From Candidatus Binatia bacterium (GTDB lineage: Bacteria > Desulfobacterota > Binatia > UBA9968 > JAJDTQ01): a stretch of DNA of 64,000 bases. The stretch spans positions 864,001-928,000 of the forward strand of contig OY762897.2 of the NCBI GenBank assembly GCA_963666515.2, in the 5' to 3' direction. The position numbers and the translations under genes are program-made. The notes beneath the pieces are model-generated. The model did no database searches, was not told the origin of the DNA, and worked only from the letters and a program-made list of their open reading frames with translations. The stretch's first letter is position 1. Each line of letters begins with the position of its first letter. Positions 1 to 8,378 of the stretch are shown in pieces.

Positions 1-1
1 C

Positions 2-1006
2 CTGAGCGGCGGCAGCGAGTCGGAGACCACCATGCGCCGCAACCGGCTGGCGCTGGATTCGCTGGCGTTGCGTCCGCGGGTGCTGGTGGACGTCTCCGAG
101 GTGGACACCTCCACCACCGTGCTCGGCCACAAGCTGCGCATCCCCGTCATGCTGGCCCCCATCGGCTCGCTCCAGCAGATCACCCCGGAGGGGGCCGTGG
201 CCGCGGCCAGGGCCGCCAACGAGTTCGGCACCGTCAACTTCGTCAGCTCCGTGACCCAGCCCGCCCTTGAAGAGACCGCGGCCGCCACCCCGTCGGACAA
301 GATATTCCAGCTCTACATCCGCGGCGGCCTGGACTGGGTCGAGGAGATCCTGGGACGGGTCAAGCAGTCCGGCTACAAGGCCCTGTGCCTCACAGTGGAT
401 TCCGCCCACTACAGCAACCGGGAGCGGCAGTTGATGAACCGCTGGCTGCCGCCCAGCAAGCGGCGCGAAGCCGCCAACCAGGACCGGCTGTGGCAGGCCA
501 AGCTCACCTGGAAGACCATGGACGCCATCAAGGAGATCGGCGGCATGCCGTTCATCCTCAAGGGCGTGGCCACCGCGGAGGACGCGCGCATCGCGCTCGA
601 CCACGGCGTGGACGTCATCTACATCTCCAACCACGGCGGTCGCCAGCTCGACCACGGGCAGGGGACCATGGACATGCTGCCGGAGATCGTCCAGGCCGTG
701 GGCGGCAAGGCCGAGATCATCATCGACGGCGGCTTCCTGAGAGGCACCGACGTGCTCAAGGCCGTGGCCCTGGGCGCCAAGGCCGTGACCATCGGCAAGC
801 TCCAGGGCTGGGCGCTGGGGGCGGGGGATCACGAGGGTCTGGTGCGCGCCCTGCAGCTCCTGGAGAACGAGATCGTCATCGCCATGGGCCTCCTGGGCGT
901 GACCAGAATCGATCAGATCACTCCGGCCCACGTCTGCAAGGCGCAGGCTACGGCCATGCCCCACGAGATGAGCACCTTCGTCAATCTGCCGGAGCGGTTG
1001 CGGTAG
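2..1006 (+). CDS. FMN-dependent alpha-hydroxy-acid oxidase/dehydrogenase (lactate/mandelate/glycolate oxidase family), 5'-partial
   Basis: SNHGGRQLD, DGG.RG.D and LTVD motifs. The frame stays open to the window edge (LSGGSESETTMRRN), so the true start is upstream of the window. Confidence 0.92.
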   Translation: MSGGSESETTMRRNRLALDSLALRPRVLVDVSEVDTSTTVLGHKLRIPVMLAPIGSLQQITPEGAVAAARAANEFGTVNFVSSVTQPALEETAAATPSDKIFQLYIRGGLDWVEEILGRVKQSGYKALCLTVDSAHYSNRERQLMNRWLPPSKRREAANQDRLWQAKLTWKTMDAIKEIGGMPFILKGVATAEDARIALDHGVDVIYISNHGGRQLDHGQGTMDMLPEIVQAVGGKAEIIIDGGFLRGTDVLKAVALGAKAVTIGKLQGWALGAGDHEGLVRALQLLENEIVIAMGLLGVTRIDQITPAHVCKAQATAMPHEMSTFVNLPERLR

Positions 1007-1037
1007 CCGCGAGACTCCGAACGGATCAGCCACCCCG

Positions 1038-1069
1038 CCTGGACCCCGGATCAAGCCCGGGGTGACGGG
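1038..1069 (-). repeat. REP-like palindromic element, CGTC class (copy 1)
   Basis: Reverse complement CCCGTCACCCCGGGCTTGATCCGGGGTCCAGG matches 51244-51275 with 1 mismatch and contains the MFS stop codon. Confidence 0.75.
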
Positions 1070-2481
1070 TGGTTGGCCCCCCGCAGCAGCGAGCACGCCA
1101 CCGCGGCCAGGGCGATGCCGGTGGTGACCAGGAACGTGTCCTGAAGCGCGAGCACGAAATGAGCCCGGTCCGCGGCTGCTGGCAGCGCGTCGGGATTGCC
1201 GGAGTGCATGCGGAAGGCCACGGTCATGAGGAAGTTGCCCACGGTGACGCCGAAGACGTTTCCCAGGCCGAACATGGTGTAGAGGGTGCCGGTGGCCACG
1301 CCCCGGTGCTCCAACGGCACGGACGATATCAGCGCGGTGTGGTTGGGCGGGAAGAAGAGCGCGCTGCCCAGTCCCACCAGCACCAGCGCCAGCGTCGGCA
1401 CCATCCAGTGCGAACCCGCCGCGAACCAGACCCCCAGGAAGGATGCTCCGGCGTACAGCGCGGCGCCCGCGGTGGCCGGTATGCGCGGTCCTACCTTGTC
1501 GGCGATGATGCCGCCCACCGGCGACAGCGCGGCGGCGAAGATAGGCGCGCTGAGGAACAGGATACCCATGAACGAGGGAGTCAGCCCCAGCACGTCCTGC
1601 AGGTAGAACGGCAGCAGGTAGACGTGCAGGGTGTTGACGATGGAGACCAGCAGCATCGCCACCGTGCTGAAGGCGAACATGCGGATCCGGAACAGCGCCA
1701 GGCTCAGGATGGGGCTCGCCGCCCGGCTTTCGCGCCACAGGAACCCCGCGGCCAATGCCGCCAAGGCCGCAACCGCGCCCGCTCGCCAGGCCGGCGTGAA
1801 GGATTCCATGATCTGGCGGTCGAGGACGCCCATTAACGCCAAGGTGACGCCCACCAGCAGTGCGGCGCCGAGATAGTCGATGGCCGGGCGTCCGTTCTCC
1901 GTGCGCTCGGTGGCATCGCTCCCCTGGCTCCGGCGAAAGCCCAGAGCCAGGGCGGTGGCGACGGCTCCCAAGGGGACGAGGAAGAAGAAGACGCCGCGCC
2001 AGTGGACGTACTGGATGATGAACCCGCCCAGGCCCGGACCGACCAGAAAGCCGCTGTGATGCGCCGTGGTCATGAATCCCTGCACGCGCCCTTTGGACTC
2101 CTCGGTGGAGGCGTCCATGGCCAGGGCCCGCCCCTGGGCCTGCATCATGGCCGCGCCGACGCCCTGGAGCACGCGGTAGAAGATCAACTGCGCGATGTCC
2201 CCGGACAGCCCGCACAACAGCGAGCTGACGGTGAAGAGCACGATGCCCCAGATGTAGACGGTCTGGCGCCCGTACACGTCCCCCACGCGCCCGAAGACCA
2301 GCGACAGTGCGGCGGTGGCAAGCTGGAAGGAAATGAGCGCCCACGATATGCCCACCATGTCGGTCTCCAGACCGGTGGCCACGGTCGGCAGCGAGATGGC
2401 GAAGATGCGGCTGGCGGTCCCGGTCGTGAAGGTGACGAGCAGGGCGGTGGCCAGGAGCAGGGCGTTGGCGCGCGATGTCAT
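1051..2481 (-). CDS. MFS transporter, DHA2/EmrB-QacA-like
   Basis: Many hydrophobic helices; motif A-like GRVGDVYGRQ; RVLQGVGAA; GPGLGG; WRGVFF. Confidence 0.9.
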   Translation of the reverse strand: MTSRANALLLATALLVTFTTGTASRIFAISLPTVATGLETDMVGISWALISFQLATAALSLVFGRVGDVYGRQTVYIWGIVLFTVSSLLCGLSGDIAQLIFYRVLQGVGAAMMQAQGRALAMDASTEESKGRVQGFMTTAHHSGFLVGPGLGGFIIQYVHWRGVFFFLVPLGAVATALALGFRRSQGSDATERTENGRPAIDYLGAALLVGVTLALMGVLDRQIMESFTPAWRAGAVAALAALAAGFLWRESRAASPILSLALFRIRMFAFSTVAMLLVSIVNTLHVYLLPFYLQDVLGLTPSFMGILFLSAPIFAAALSPVGGIIADKVGPRIPATAGAALYAGASFLGVWFAAGSHWMVPTLALVLVGLGSALFFPPNHTALISSVPLEHRGVATGTLYTMFGLGNVFGVTVGNFLMTVAFRMHSGNPDALPAAADRAHFVLALQDTFLVTTGIALAAVACSLLRGANHPSPRA

Positions 2482-2549
2482 CTTGAATCGTGGGCGAGTG
2501 GTAAAGTAAGAAGTAATGCAGGAAACAGGACAGTAGCTACCAGATCGAC

Positions 2550-5303
2550 ATGAAATTCCTACCCTTGACCCTGATCGTGGCCGTTGCGATGGCCGTGTGG
2601 GCCGCGCCGCCGGGCTTCGGCCAGACGCCTCCCGGCGTCGCGGAGACCCCGGAGGCGGCGCAGAGCATCGATTTCGAAGAAGAAGTGCTCGACGACCGCA
2701 TCGCGTTCATCCAGAGGCGCCTGACCGAGACCGGCTCCCGGGTGGTCAGCCTGCTTATGACCCTCGAGCTGGAGGTGCTGAAGGTCCAGAAGGAAACCCT
2801 TGCGCTCCGCCGGGAGCTGGAGCGGGTGCGCGCCGAGCTGGCGGAGCAGGAACGGCTCACGGCCCAGGACCTGCGCAACAAGGAACGGCTCGTGGACCTG
2901 GTGGAGCGTTACGGCGCCGGCGACTGGGTGGCCCGTCACATCAAGGTGGAACTGGAGAAGTTCCGCCACCGGGGCCAACGGGGCCCCGCCCGCTCCACGG
3001 ATGAAGAGTCGCTGCGGCAGCGCCTTCGAGAGCACCGGCAGGCGTTGTTCGAGCTGGGCACGCTGCTGTTCCGCGCGGATTCCGACGCCACGGGCTACGC
3101 CCGGGCGCTGGCCGCGGAGGGGAGGCCGTCGCCCGCGGTCAGCGGCCGGCTCGGCGACATCGTCAGGGACCGCAAGGAGGCGTTGCAGGCTCAGGAGAAC
3201 GTTCTCAACGAGCTGGCGGATGCGGCCACGCGCCTGGCGGACCTGAAGCGCCAGAGGGAAGACCAGATCGAGAGCCTCTACGCGTTCGTCCTGGGCCGGA
3301 TGCTGTGGCTGCGCAACCGCGAACCCGTGGGCCTGTTCCCTCCCAACTGGGCGCTTGTCGGGCAGGCCGCGGACGGCGCCGCGACCTTGCTGGGGCGCCT
3401 CTACGAGCTGTCCCACCTGGAACGTCAGGTCGCCCAGATCCGCTTCGCGGCGTCGACGTGGCCGTGGGTTGCGGCCGTGCTGGTGTTCGGGCTGTTGCCG
3501 TTGCTTGCGCTGAGAGCCCGCCGCTTCCTCCGGGAGCGGGTGGCGGCCACGATGGCCCGCGGGCAGGCGGCGCCGGCGCATCGGGTGGCGCTGCTGCTCG
3601 CTGGCCGCGCCGCGGTATGGCCGGCCTGGGTCGTGCTCGTCACGCTGGCGCTGCCGCAGTTCGGACTGTCCCAGAACGATTCTCTCGGTCCGGTGTTGGC
3701 GGGGGCGTTGCAGCTCGCCGCGCTGGTGCTCTGGATCGGATCGTTCGGCGACGCCGTGTTCCGTCCGGACGGCCACGGCGAGCGCCGCTGGGGGCTCACG
3801 CCGGAGGCGGGCCGGGTGCTTCGGACCGCGGTGGTGGCGGTGAGCGTGGCCGCAGTGGCGCTGATCGTCCCGCGCTACGTGGCGCTGAACGCTCCGGGCG
3901 ACGACGTGGCCGCGAGCCTGGCGCTGGCCCGCCTGCTGATGATCGCTTTCGCCCTGGTGGTGCTGGTGCTGGCAACGCTCGGATGCAGGCGGCGGGGGAC
4001 GCTCATGCAGGCGGTCCTGCGGCACAGCCGTTCGCAGGACGGCTTCCTGTGGTCGGTATGGCCCCTGGTCCACCTGCTGGTCTTCGCCGTGTTGGCAGGC
4101 ATCGTCGTCCTGAACCTGGCGGGCTACCAGTACGCGTCGCAGTTCGTGTGGCAACGGGTCACGGGCTCCGCACTCCTGCTGCTGGCCGCGCTCATCCTGT
4201 CCTTCTACGTCAAGAGCGCGGTCCGGGCGGTGTGGAAGAGGGTCCTGGCCGGACAGGGCGGGCTCGGACCGGAGGGCGGCCGGGCCGCGGACGAGCGCGC
4301 CGGCCTGTTGCGCACGCTGGTGGACCTGCCGCTGGCGGTCGTGGCCGCGGCCGTCCTGCTGGAGATATGGGGCGTTTCCGTGGTGGATTTCCTGAGCACG
4401 CCCGCGGGTGAGACGATGCTGGTGAGGACGGCGTTGATCACGCTGGTGATCGTGGCCGGGTTGGCCATCATACGGCTCAGCAACGCCACGGTGCTTTCGC
4501 TGCTTCGTCCCCGGATCCTGGACCGGGTGCGCAGCCGGGAGGCCGGGAGGAAGCTCCAGACCCTGGCGCCGCTGGCGCAGACGTCGGTCAAGCTGCTGGT
4601 GGTGCTGGTGGGCGCTCTGCTCGTCCTCCAGCTCGTGGGCGTCGAGACCGGGCCGCTCCTGGCGGGCGTCGGCATCTTCGGACTGGCCGTGGGCTTCGCC
4701 GCCCAGTCGCTCATCAAGGACATCATCAACGGCCTCTTCATCCTCACCGAAGGCAGCGTGGGCGCCGGCGACGTGGTGGACGTGGGCGGCGTCACCGGCG
4801 TGGTGGAGAAGGTGACCCTGCGCTCCGTGCGCATCCGCGACCTGAGCGGCAACGTGCACTTCGTACCCAACAGCACCATCGAGCACGTGGAGAACATGAC
4901 CAAGGACTACTCCCGCTACCTGCTGGACGTGGGGGTGGGCTACCGCGAGGACACCGACGAAGTGGTGGCGGTCATGAAGGAGGTGGACGAAGCCATGCGC
5001 GGAGACCCGGAGTTCCGCCGGGACATGCTGGAGCCCATCGAGATCATGGGCGTGGACCGGTTCGAGGACTCCGCGGTGATCGTGCGCGCGCGGCTCAAGA
5101 CCCGCCCGAGCCAGCAGTGGGGCATCGGCCGCGAGTACAACCGCCGCCTCAAGAAGGCGTTCGACGAGCGCGGCATCGAGATACCGTTCCCGCACCGCAC
5201 CGTCTACTGGGGCGAGACCAAGCAGGGACAGATTCCGCTGCAGGTGGAAGCGAAGGAAAAGGAGGAGACCCTTGGCACGAAGCAGCTCAAGACTGAGCCT
5301 TGA
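2550..5303 (+). CDS. Large mechanosensitive channel, MscS/MscK-like
   Basis: Signal peptide, coiled-coil N-terminus, multiple TM helices, and C-terminal MscS motifs GLAVGFAAQSLIKD, GVVEKVTLRS, VPNS, GIEIPFP. Confidence 0.9.
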   Translation: MKFLPLTLIVAVAMAVWAAPPGFGQTPPGVAETPEAAQSIDFEEEVLDDRIAFIQRRLTETGSRVVSLLMTLELEVLKVQKETLALRRELERVRAELAEQERLTAQDLRNKERLVDLVERYGAGDWVARHIKVELEKFRHRGQRGPARSTDEESLRQRLREHRQALFELGTLLFRADSDATGYARALAAEGRPSPAVSGRLGDIVRDRKEALQAQENVLNELADAATRLADLKRQREDQIESLYAFVLGRMLWLRNREPVGLFPPNWALVGQAADGAATLLGRLYELSHLERQVAQIRFAASTWPWVAAVLVFGLLPLLALRARRFLRERVAATMARGQAAPAHRVALLLAGRAAVWPAWVVLVTLALPQFGLSQNDSLGPVLAGALQLAALVLWIGSFGDAVFRPDGHGERRWGLTPEAGRVLRTAVVAVSVAAVALIVPRYVALNAPGDDVAASLALARLLMIAFALVVLVLATLGCRRRGTLMQAVLRHSRSQDGFLWSVWPLVHLLVFAVLAGIVVLNLAGYQYASQFVWQRVTGSALLLLAALILSFYVKSAVRAVWKRVLAGQGGLGPEGGRAADERAGLLRTLVDLPLAVVAAAVLLEIWGVSVVDFLSTPAGETMLVRTALITLVIVAGLAIIRLSNATVLSLLRPRILDRVRSREAGRKLQTLAPLAQTSVKLLVVLVGALLVLQLVGVETGPLLAGVGIFGLAVGFAAQSLIKDIINGLFILTEGSVGAGDVVDVGGVTGVVEKVTLRSVRIRDLSGNVHFVPNSTIEHVENMTKDYSRYLLDVGVGYREDTDEVVAVMKEVDEAMRGDPEFRRDMLEPIEIMGVDRFEDSAVIVRARLKTRPSQQWGIGREYNRRLKKAFDERGIEIPFPHRTVYWGETKQGQIPLQVEAKEKEETLGTKQLKTEP

Positions 5304-5709
5304 AAGGGCCGCGATCATCGTCGACGAGACCCTTGCCGAAGCCCGCCGGCTGGACCTCAGGCCCATGTGCGTGGCCGTCCTCGACGACGGCGGCCACCTC
5401 AAGGCCCTCAAGCGCGAGGACGGCGCCAGCATCCTGCGCCCCCAGGTCGCCATCGGCAAGGCCTGGGGTTCCCTGGGCATGGGCGGCTCCAGCCGCTCCA
5501 TCGCCGACCGCCTCAACGAGCGCCCGACCTTCCTCGCCGCCCTCACGGCACTGGCCGACGGCAAGGTGGTCCCCGCGGCCGGCGGCCTGCTCATCCGCGA
5601 CGGCGACGACGTGGTGGGCGCCGTGGGCGTCAGCGGCGGCACCTCCGACGAAGACGAGGACATCGCCCGGGTGGGAGTCGCGGCCGCCGGGCTGGAGTGC
5701 TTCGACTGA
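5272..5709 (+). CDS. GlcG/HbpS family heme-binding protein
   Basis: VAVLDDGG, A.GKA, GG..I...VVGAVGVSGG..DED motifs; TTG start preceded by GGAG; overlaps the end of the MscS gene. Confidence 0.88.
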   Translation: MARSSSRLSLERAAIIVDETLAEARRLDLRPMCVAVLDDGGHLKALKREDGASILRPQVAIGKAWGSLGMGGSSRSIADRLNERPTFLAALTALADGKVVPAAGGLLIRDGDDVVGAVGVSGGTSDEDEDIARVGVAAAGLECFD

Positions 5710-5742
5710 TCCGGCACGGGGCTCTCCACGGAAGGATCGGGG

Positions 5743-6828
5743 ATGCGAGCGGTGGTGCTGACGGGCCATGGCGGCCTCGACCGGCTGAGCTTTCGGGACG
5801 ACTGGCCCAAGCCCTGTCCGGGACCCGGCCAAGCCCTCATCCGAGTGGGTGCATGCGGGTTGAACAACACCGACGTCAACACCCGCACGGCGTGGTACTC
5901 GGCCAGCGTCGCCGGCGGTACCACGGGTGACGCGCTGGATGACGCTGCCGAGGTGGACGCGACCTGGGGCGGCAAGCCGATCACCTTTCCCCGTATTCAG
6001 GGCGCGGACGTATGCGGACGGGTGGTTGCTCTCGGCGCCGGTTGCGACGCCGCGCTCCTGGGCAGGCGAGTGCTGGTGGACCCCTGGCTGCGCGACTGGA
6101 GCGATCCGCTGGATCGCGAGAAATGCGGTTACTTCGGCTCCGAATGCGACGGCGGCTTCGCCGACTACACCCTGGCTGATGTCCGGAACGTCCATGCGGT
6201 GGGCAGCGACCTCTCCCACGCCGAGTTGGCAACCTTTGCCACGTCCTACCTGACCGCGGAGAACATGTTGAACCGCGCCGGGGTAGGGGAGGATGACCGC
6301 ATCCTGATTTCCGGCGCCTCCGGCGGCGTCGGCTCCGCCCTGATCCAGCTCGCCCTGCGCCGGGGCGCCGAGACCGTTGCGCTCTGCGGCGAGGACAAGG
6401 CCGAGGCGGTCAGGGCCCTGGGCGCGGATCACGTGCTGCCGCGCGCCCCGGAAAACCTGAGGACAGCCCTCGGGATGGCAACCGGCGCCGAAGAGGTGAC
6501 AGTGGTCGCGGACGTGGTGGGCGGCCCGTTCTGGCCCCGGCTGATTTCGGTCCTGTCGCGGGGTGGCCGGTATACGTGCGCCGGCGCCATTGCCGGGCCG
6601 ATGGTGAGGTTCGATCTGAGAATGTTCTACCTGCGCGACCTTGTGTTTACCGGCGCCACGGTGCCCCCGCCGGGGGTCTTCGGCGACCTCGTGGGCTACA
6701 TCGAGCGTAACGAGATCAAGCCGGTACTGGCGGCCACCTACCCCTTGCGGGAGCTGGTGGCCGCCCAGCAGGCATTCATCGCCAAGCGCCACGTAGGCAA
6801 CATCGTGGTTACGATGAATGAGGCGTGA
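5743..6828 (+). CDS. Zinc-binding alcohol dehydrogenase / MDR family oxidoreductase
   Basis: PRIQGAD.CG, GGFADY, Rossmann GASGGVGS, GNIVV C-terminus. Confidence 0.9.
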   Translation: MRAVVLTGHGGLDRLSFRDDWPKPCPGPGQALIRVGACGLNNTDVNTRTAWYSASVAGGTTGDALDDAAEVDATWGGKPITFPRIQGADVCGRVVALGAGCDAALLGRRVLVDPWLRDWSDPLDREKCGYFGSECDGGFADYTLADVRNVHAVGSDLSHAELATFATSYLTAENMLNRAGVGEDDRILISGASGGVGSALIQLALRRGAETVALCGEDKAEAVRALGADHVLPRAPENLRTALGMATGAEEVTVVADVVGGPFWPRLISVLSRGGRYTCAGAIAGPMVRFDLRMFYLRDLVFTGATVPPPGVFGDLVGYIERNEIKPVLAATYPLRELVAAQQAFIAKRHVGNIVVTMNEA

Positions 6829-7163
6829 CGATCCACCCGCATTGACAAAGCACGTGTACGGAGGCAGGTTGTTTGGTGAGGCGCAATCCTGTATTGCCCT
6901 CCTTCCGAGGCTCGCGCTCCGGCGCGAGCTTTCGTGTTTCTGGAGGCCCATCCGGCCCTGTGGGAAAAGAAGGGTCCAGCCTCTACACTACGACCAGCGT
7001 GATCTGGTATTCGGAACTCCGCAGGTCTACGAGCCGGATGTTCAGCAAGATCGAGCGGCTGGGCGGCTTCGTATTCTACGAGGGGATCAGGAAGTCGACG
7101 GCACCGCCCCACCGAAGAATCGGAAAGATTGGGACTATCTGAAACGCCAAGAGGATCCAAATC

Positions 7164-7499
7164 ATGAAACGTGACCCTAGCTATATGCGAGAAATCCTCC
7201 TCGAATACGAGGCGTCAACTTCCAGTGATGTGATGGAACGAGACTTTCTTGGGATGAGGGGAAGCGATCAAAAACGTTTTCACCATGTTCAACTGCTTTG
7301 CGATGCCGGTCTTCTAGAAAGAATCAGCCAGTCGGTGTTCCGTCTAACCAATCAGGGCCATGACTTCCTTGATTCGATCCGGGACGAAGGGCGGTGGAAG
7401 AAGGTAATGGATAGAATCGCAGAGCACGGAGGGGACTGGACGATGGAGGTGCTCAAGACAGTGGCTCTCAATATTTTCAAGGAAACTTTTTCAAACTGA
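7164..7499 (+). CDS. DUF2513 family winged-helix protein
   Basis: MKRD...REILL, H..LL.DAGL and LT..GHDFLDSIR..W pattern; lower GC than its neighbours. Confidence 0.8.
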   Translation: MKRDPSYMREILLEYEASTSSDVMERDFLGMRGSDQKRFHHVQLLCDAGLLERISQSVFRLTNQGHDFLDSIRDEGRWKKVMDRIAEHGGDWTMEVLKTVALNIFKETFSN

Positions 7500-7603
7500 G
7501 ACAAGATCAAAGGCCACCGCTGGCCCCTTCTTGGTTCAGAGTGCACGCCGTACCTTGCGCACCCGTACACTGAACCGCCCCGGGTCCACGAGGCTCAATA
7601 ACC

Positions 7604-8026
7604 CTATCGGGCTTTTCGGAGATTCAGAAAGACCGCTGGTCTCAGGATCGGTATGTTCTGAAACGGGTACATCTCCAGGAGGTCCCGGTCTCCCGTGACC
7701 AAGCAATCCGCTTCACCCATCAGGGCCGTCTCGAGCAGTTTGTCGTCATCCGGGTCACGGCACCCCAGCTTGGCGCCGGCTATCGACACCCATTCCGAGA
7801 CCGCTTCGAGTTGCGCCAGATAGACCGCCCTGCCTTCCCGGCTGATGTAACGGTCGAACCTCGGAAGGTGGAGACGGCTTCGAAGCTCGTCCAACGTCTC
7901 GTCCGAGAACAGCAATACGCCATTGTCCGACCGCACCGCGTCCACAACCGCGCGTGGCGCCCCTTCCGGTCGAAGCGCCGCGCTGATCAGGACGTTGGTG
8001 TCGAGAACGACACGCTCAGCTTTCAT
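7604..8026 (-). CDS. PIN-domain toxin (VapC-like, TIGR00305 type)
   Basis: VVLDTNVLISA, CRDPDDDK, LVTGDRDLL. Confidence 0.92.
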   Translation of the reverse strand: MKAERVVLDTNVLISAALRPEGAPRAVVDAVRSDNGVLLFSDETLDELRSRLHLPRFDRYISREGRAVYLAQLEAVSEWVSIAGAKLGCRDPDDDKLLETALMGEADCLVTGDRDLLEMYPFQNIPILRPAVFLNLRKAR

Positions 8027-8267
8027 CGGCCAGTAGCGCTTCGAGCCCGGCCTCTGTCAATCCTCTCGCCGATGCTTCCCTGCCCAGAGCGTCCATCGTC
8101 GTCGTCAGACGCTCCCATGCGGCGCCACGAAGCCGTTCATATTGCTGCACCGACATCATGACGCCGACCGACCTGCCGTTCCTGGTCACGCGTACAGGCG
8201 CGCTCTGGGCAGCGTCGAGCAAACGGCCAAAACGATTCTTGGCGTCTTTGGCTGCCATTTCCTTCAT
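8016..8267 (-). CDS. Phd/YefM family antitoxin
   Basis: AKDAKNRFGRLLD..Q..PV.VTRNGR; overlaps the PIN start; ATG 8267 is preferred because ATG 8276 overlaps the -10 box. Confidence 0.9.
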   Translation of the reverse strand: MKEMAAKDAKNRFGRLLDAAQSAPVRVTRNGRSVGVMMSVQQYERLRGAAWERLTTTMDALGREASARGLTEAGLEALLADES

Positions 8268-8274
8268 GGGAGCC

Positions 8275-8303
8275 ATAGTAGCTAAGATGGTCCCATCTCA
8301 CAA
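8275..8303 (-). promoter_or_regulatory. Sigma70-like promoter with palindromic operator for the Phd-PIN operon
   Basis: Minus strand TTGTGA-17 nt-TACTAT; palindrome AGATGG-TC-CCATCT at 8285-8298, essentially in the spacer. Confidence 0.55.
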
Positions 8304-8378
8304 TGACCGTGTATGGAGTCCTTCCGCGATTGCAGCCCGTGGTCGTTGGCCGTGACGACGTGGCAGGCGCCGTGGGCG

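Noticed and set aside
2559-5984. 1141-aa antisense ORF, and similar long ORFs at 37865-40759, 55749-59168, 19296-21212 and 58594-60738
   Set aside because: Shadow frames opposite well-supported genes; stop codons are scarce in high-GC DNA and the products carry no family motifs.
6818-7174. ORFs 6818-7174, 6873-7142 and 6738-7160 as real genes
   Set aside because: Three overlapping frames, none with a recognisable domain; more consistent with decayed fragments.
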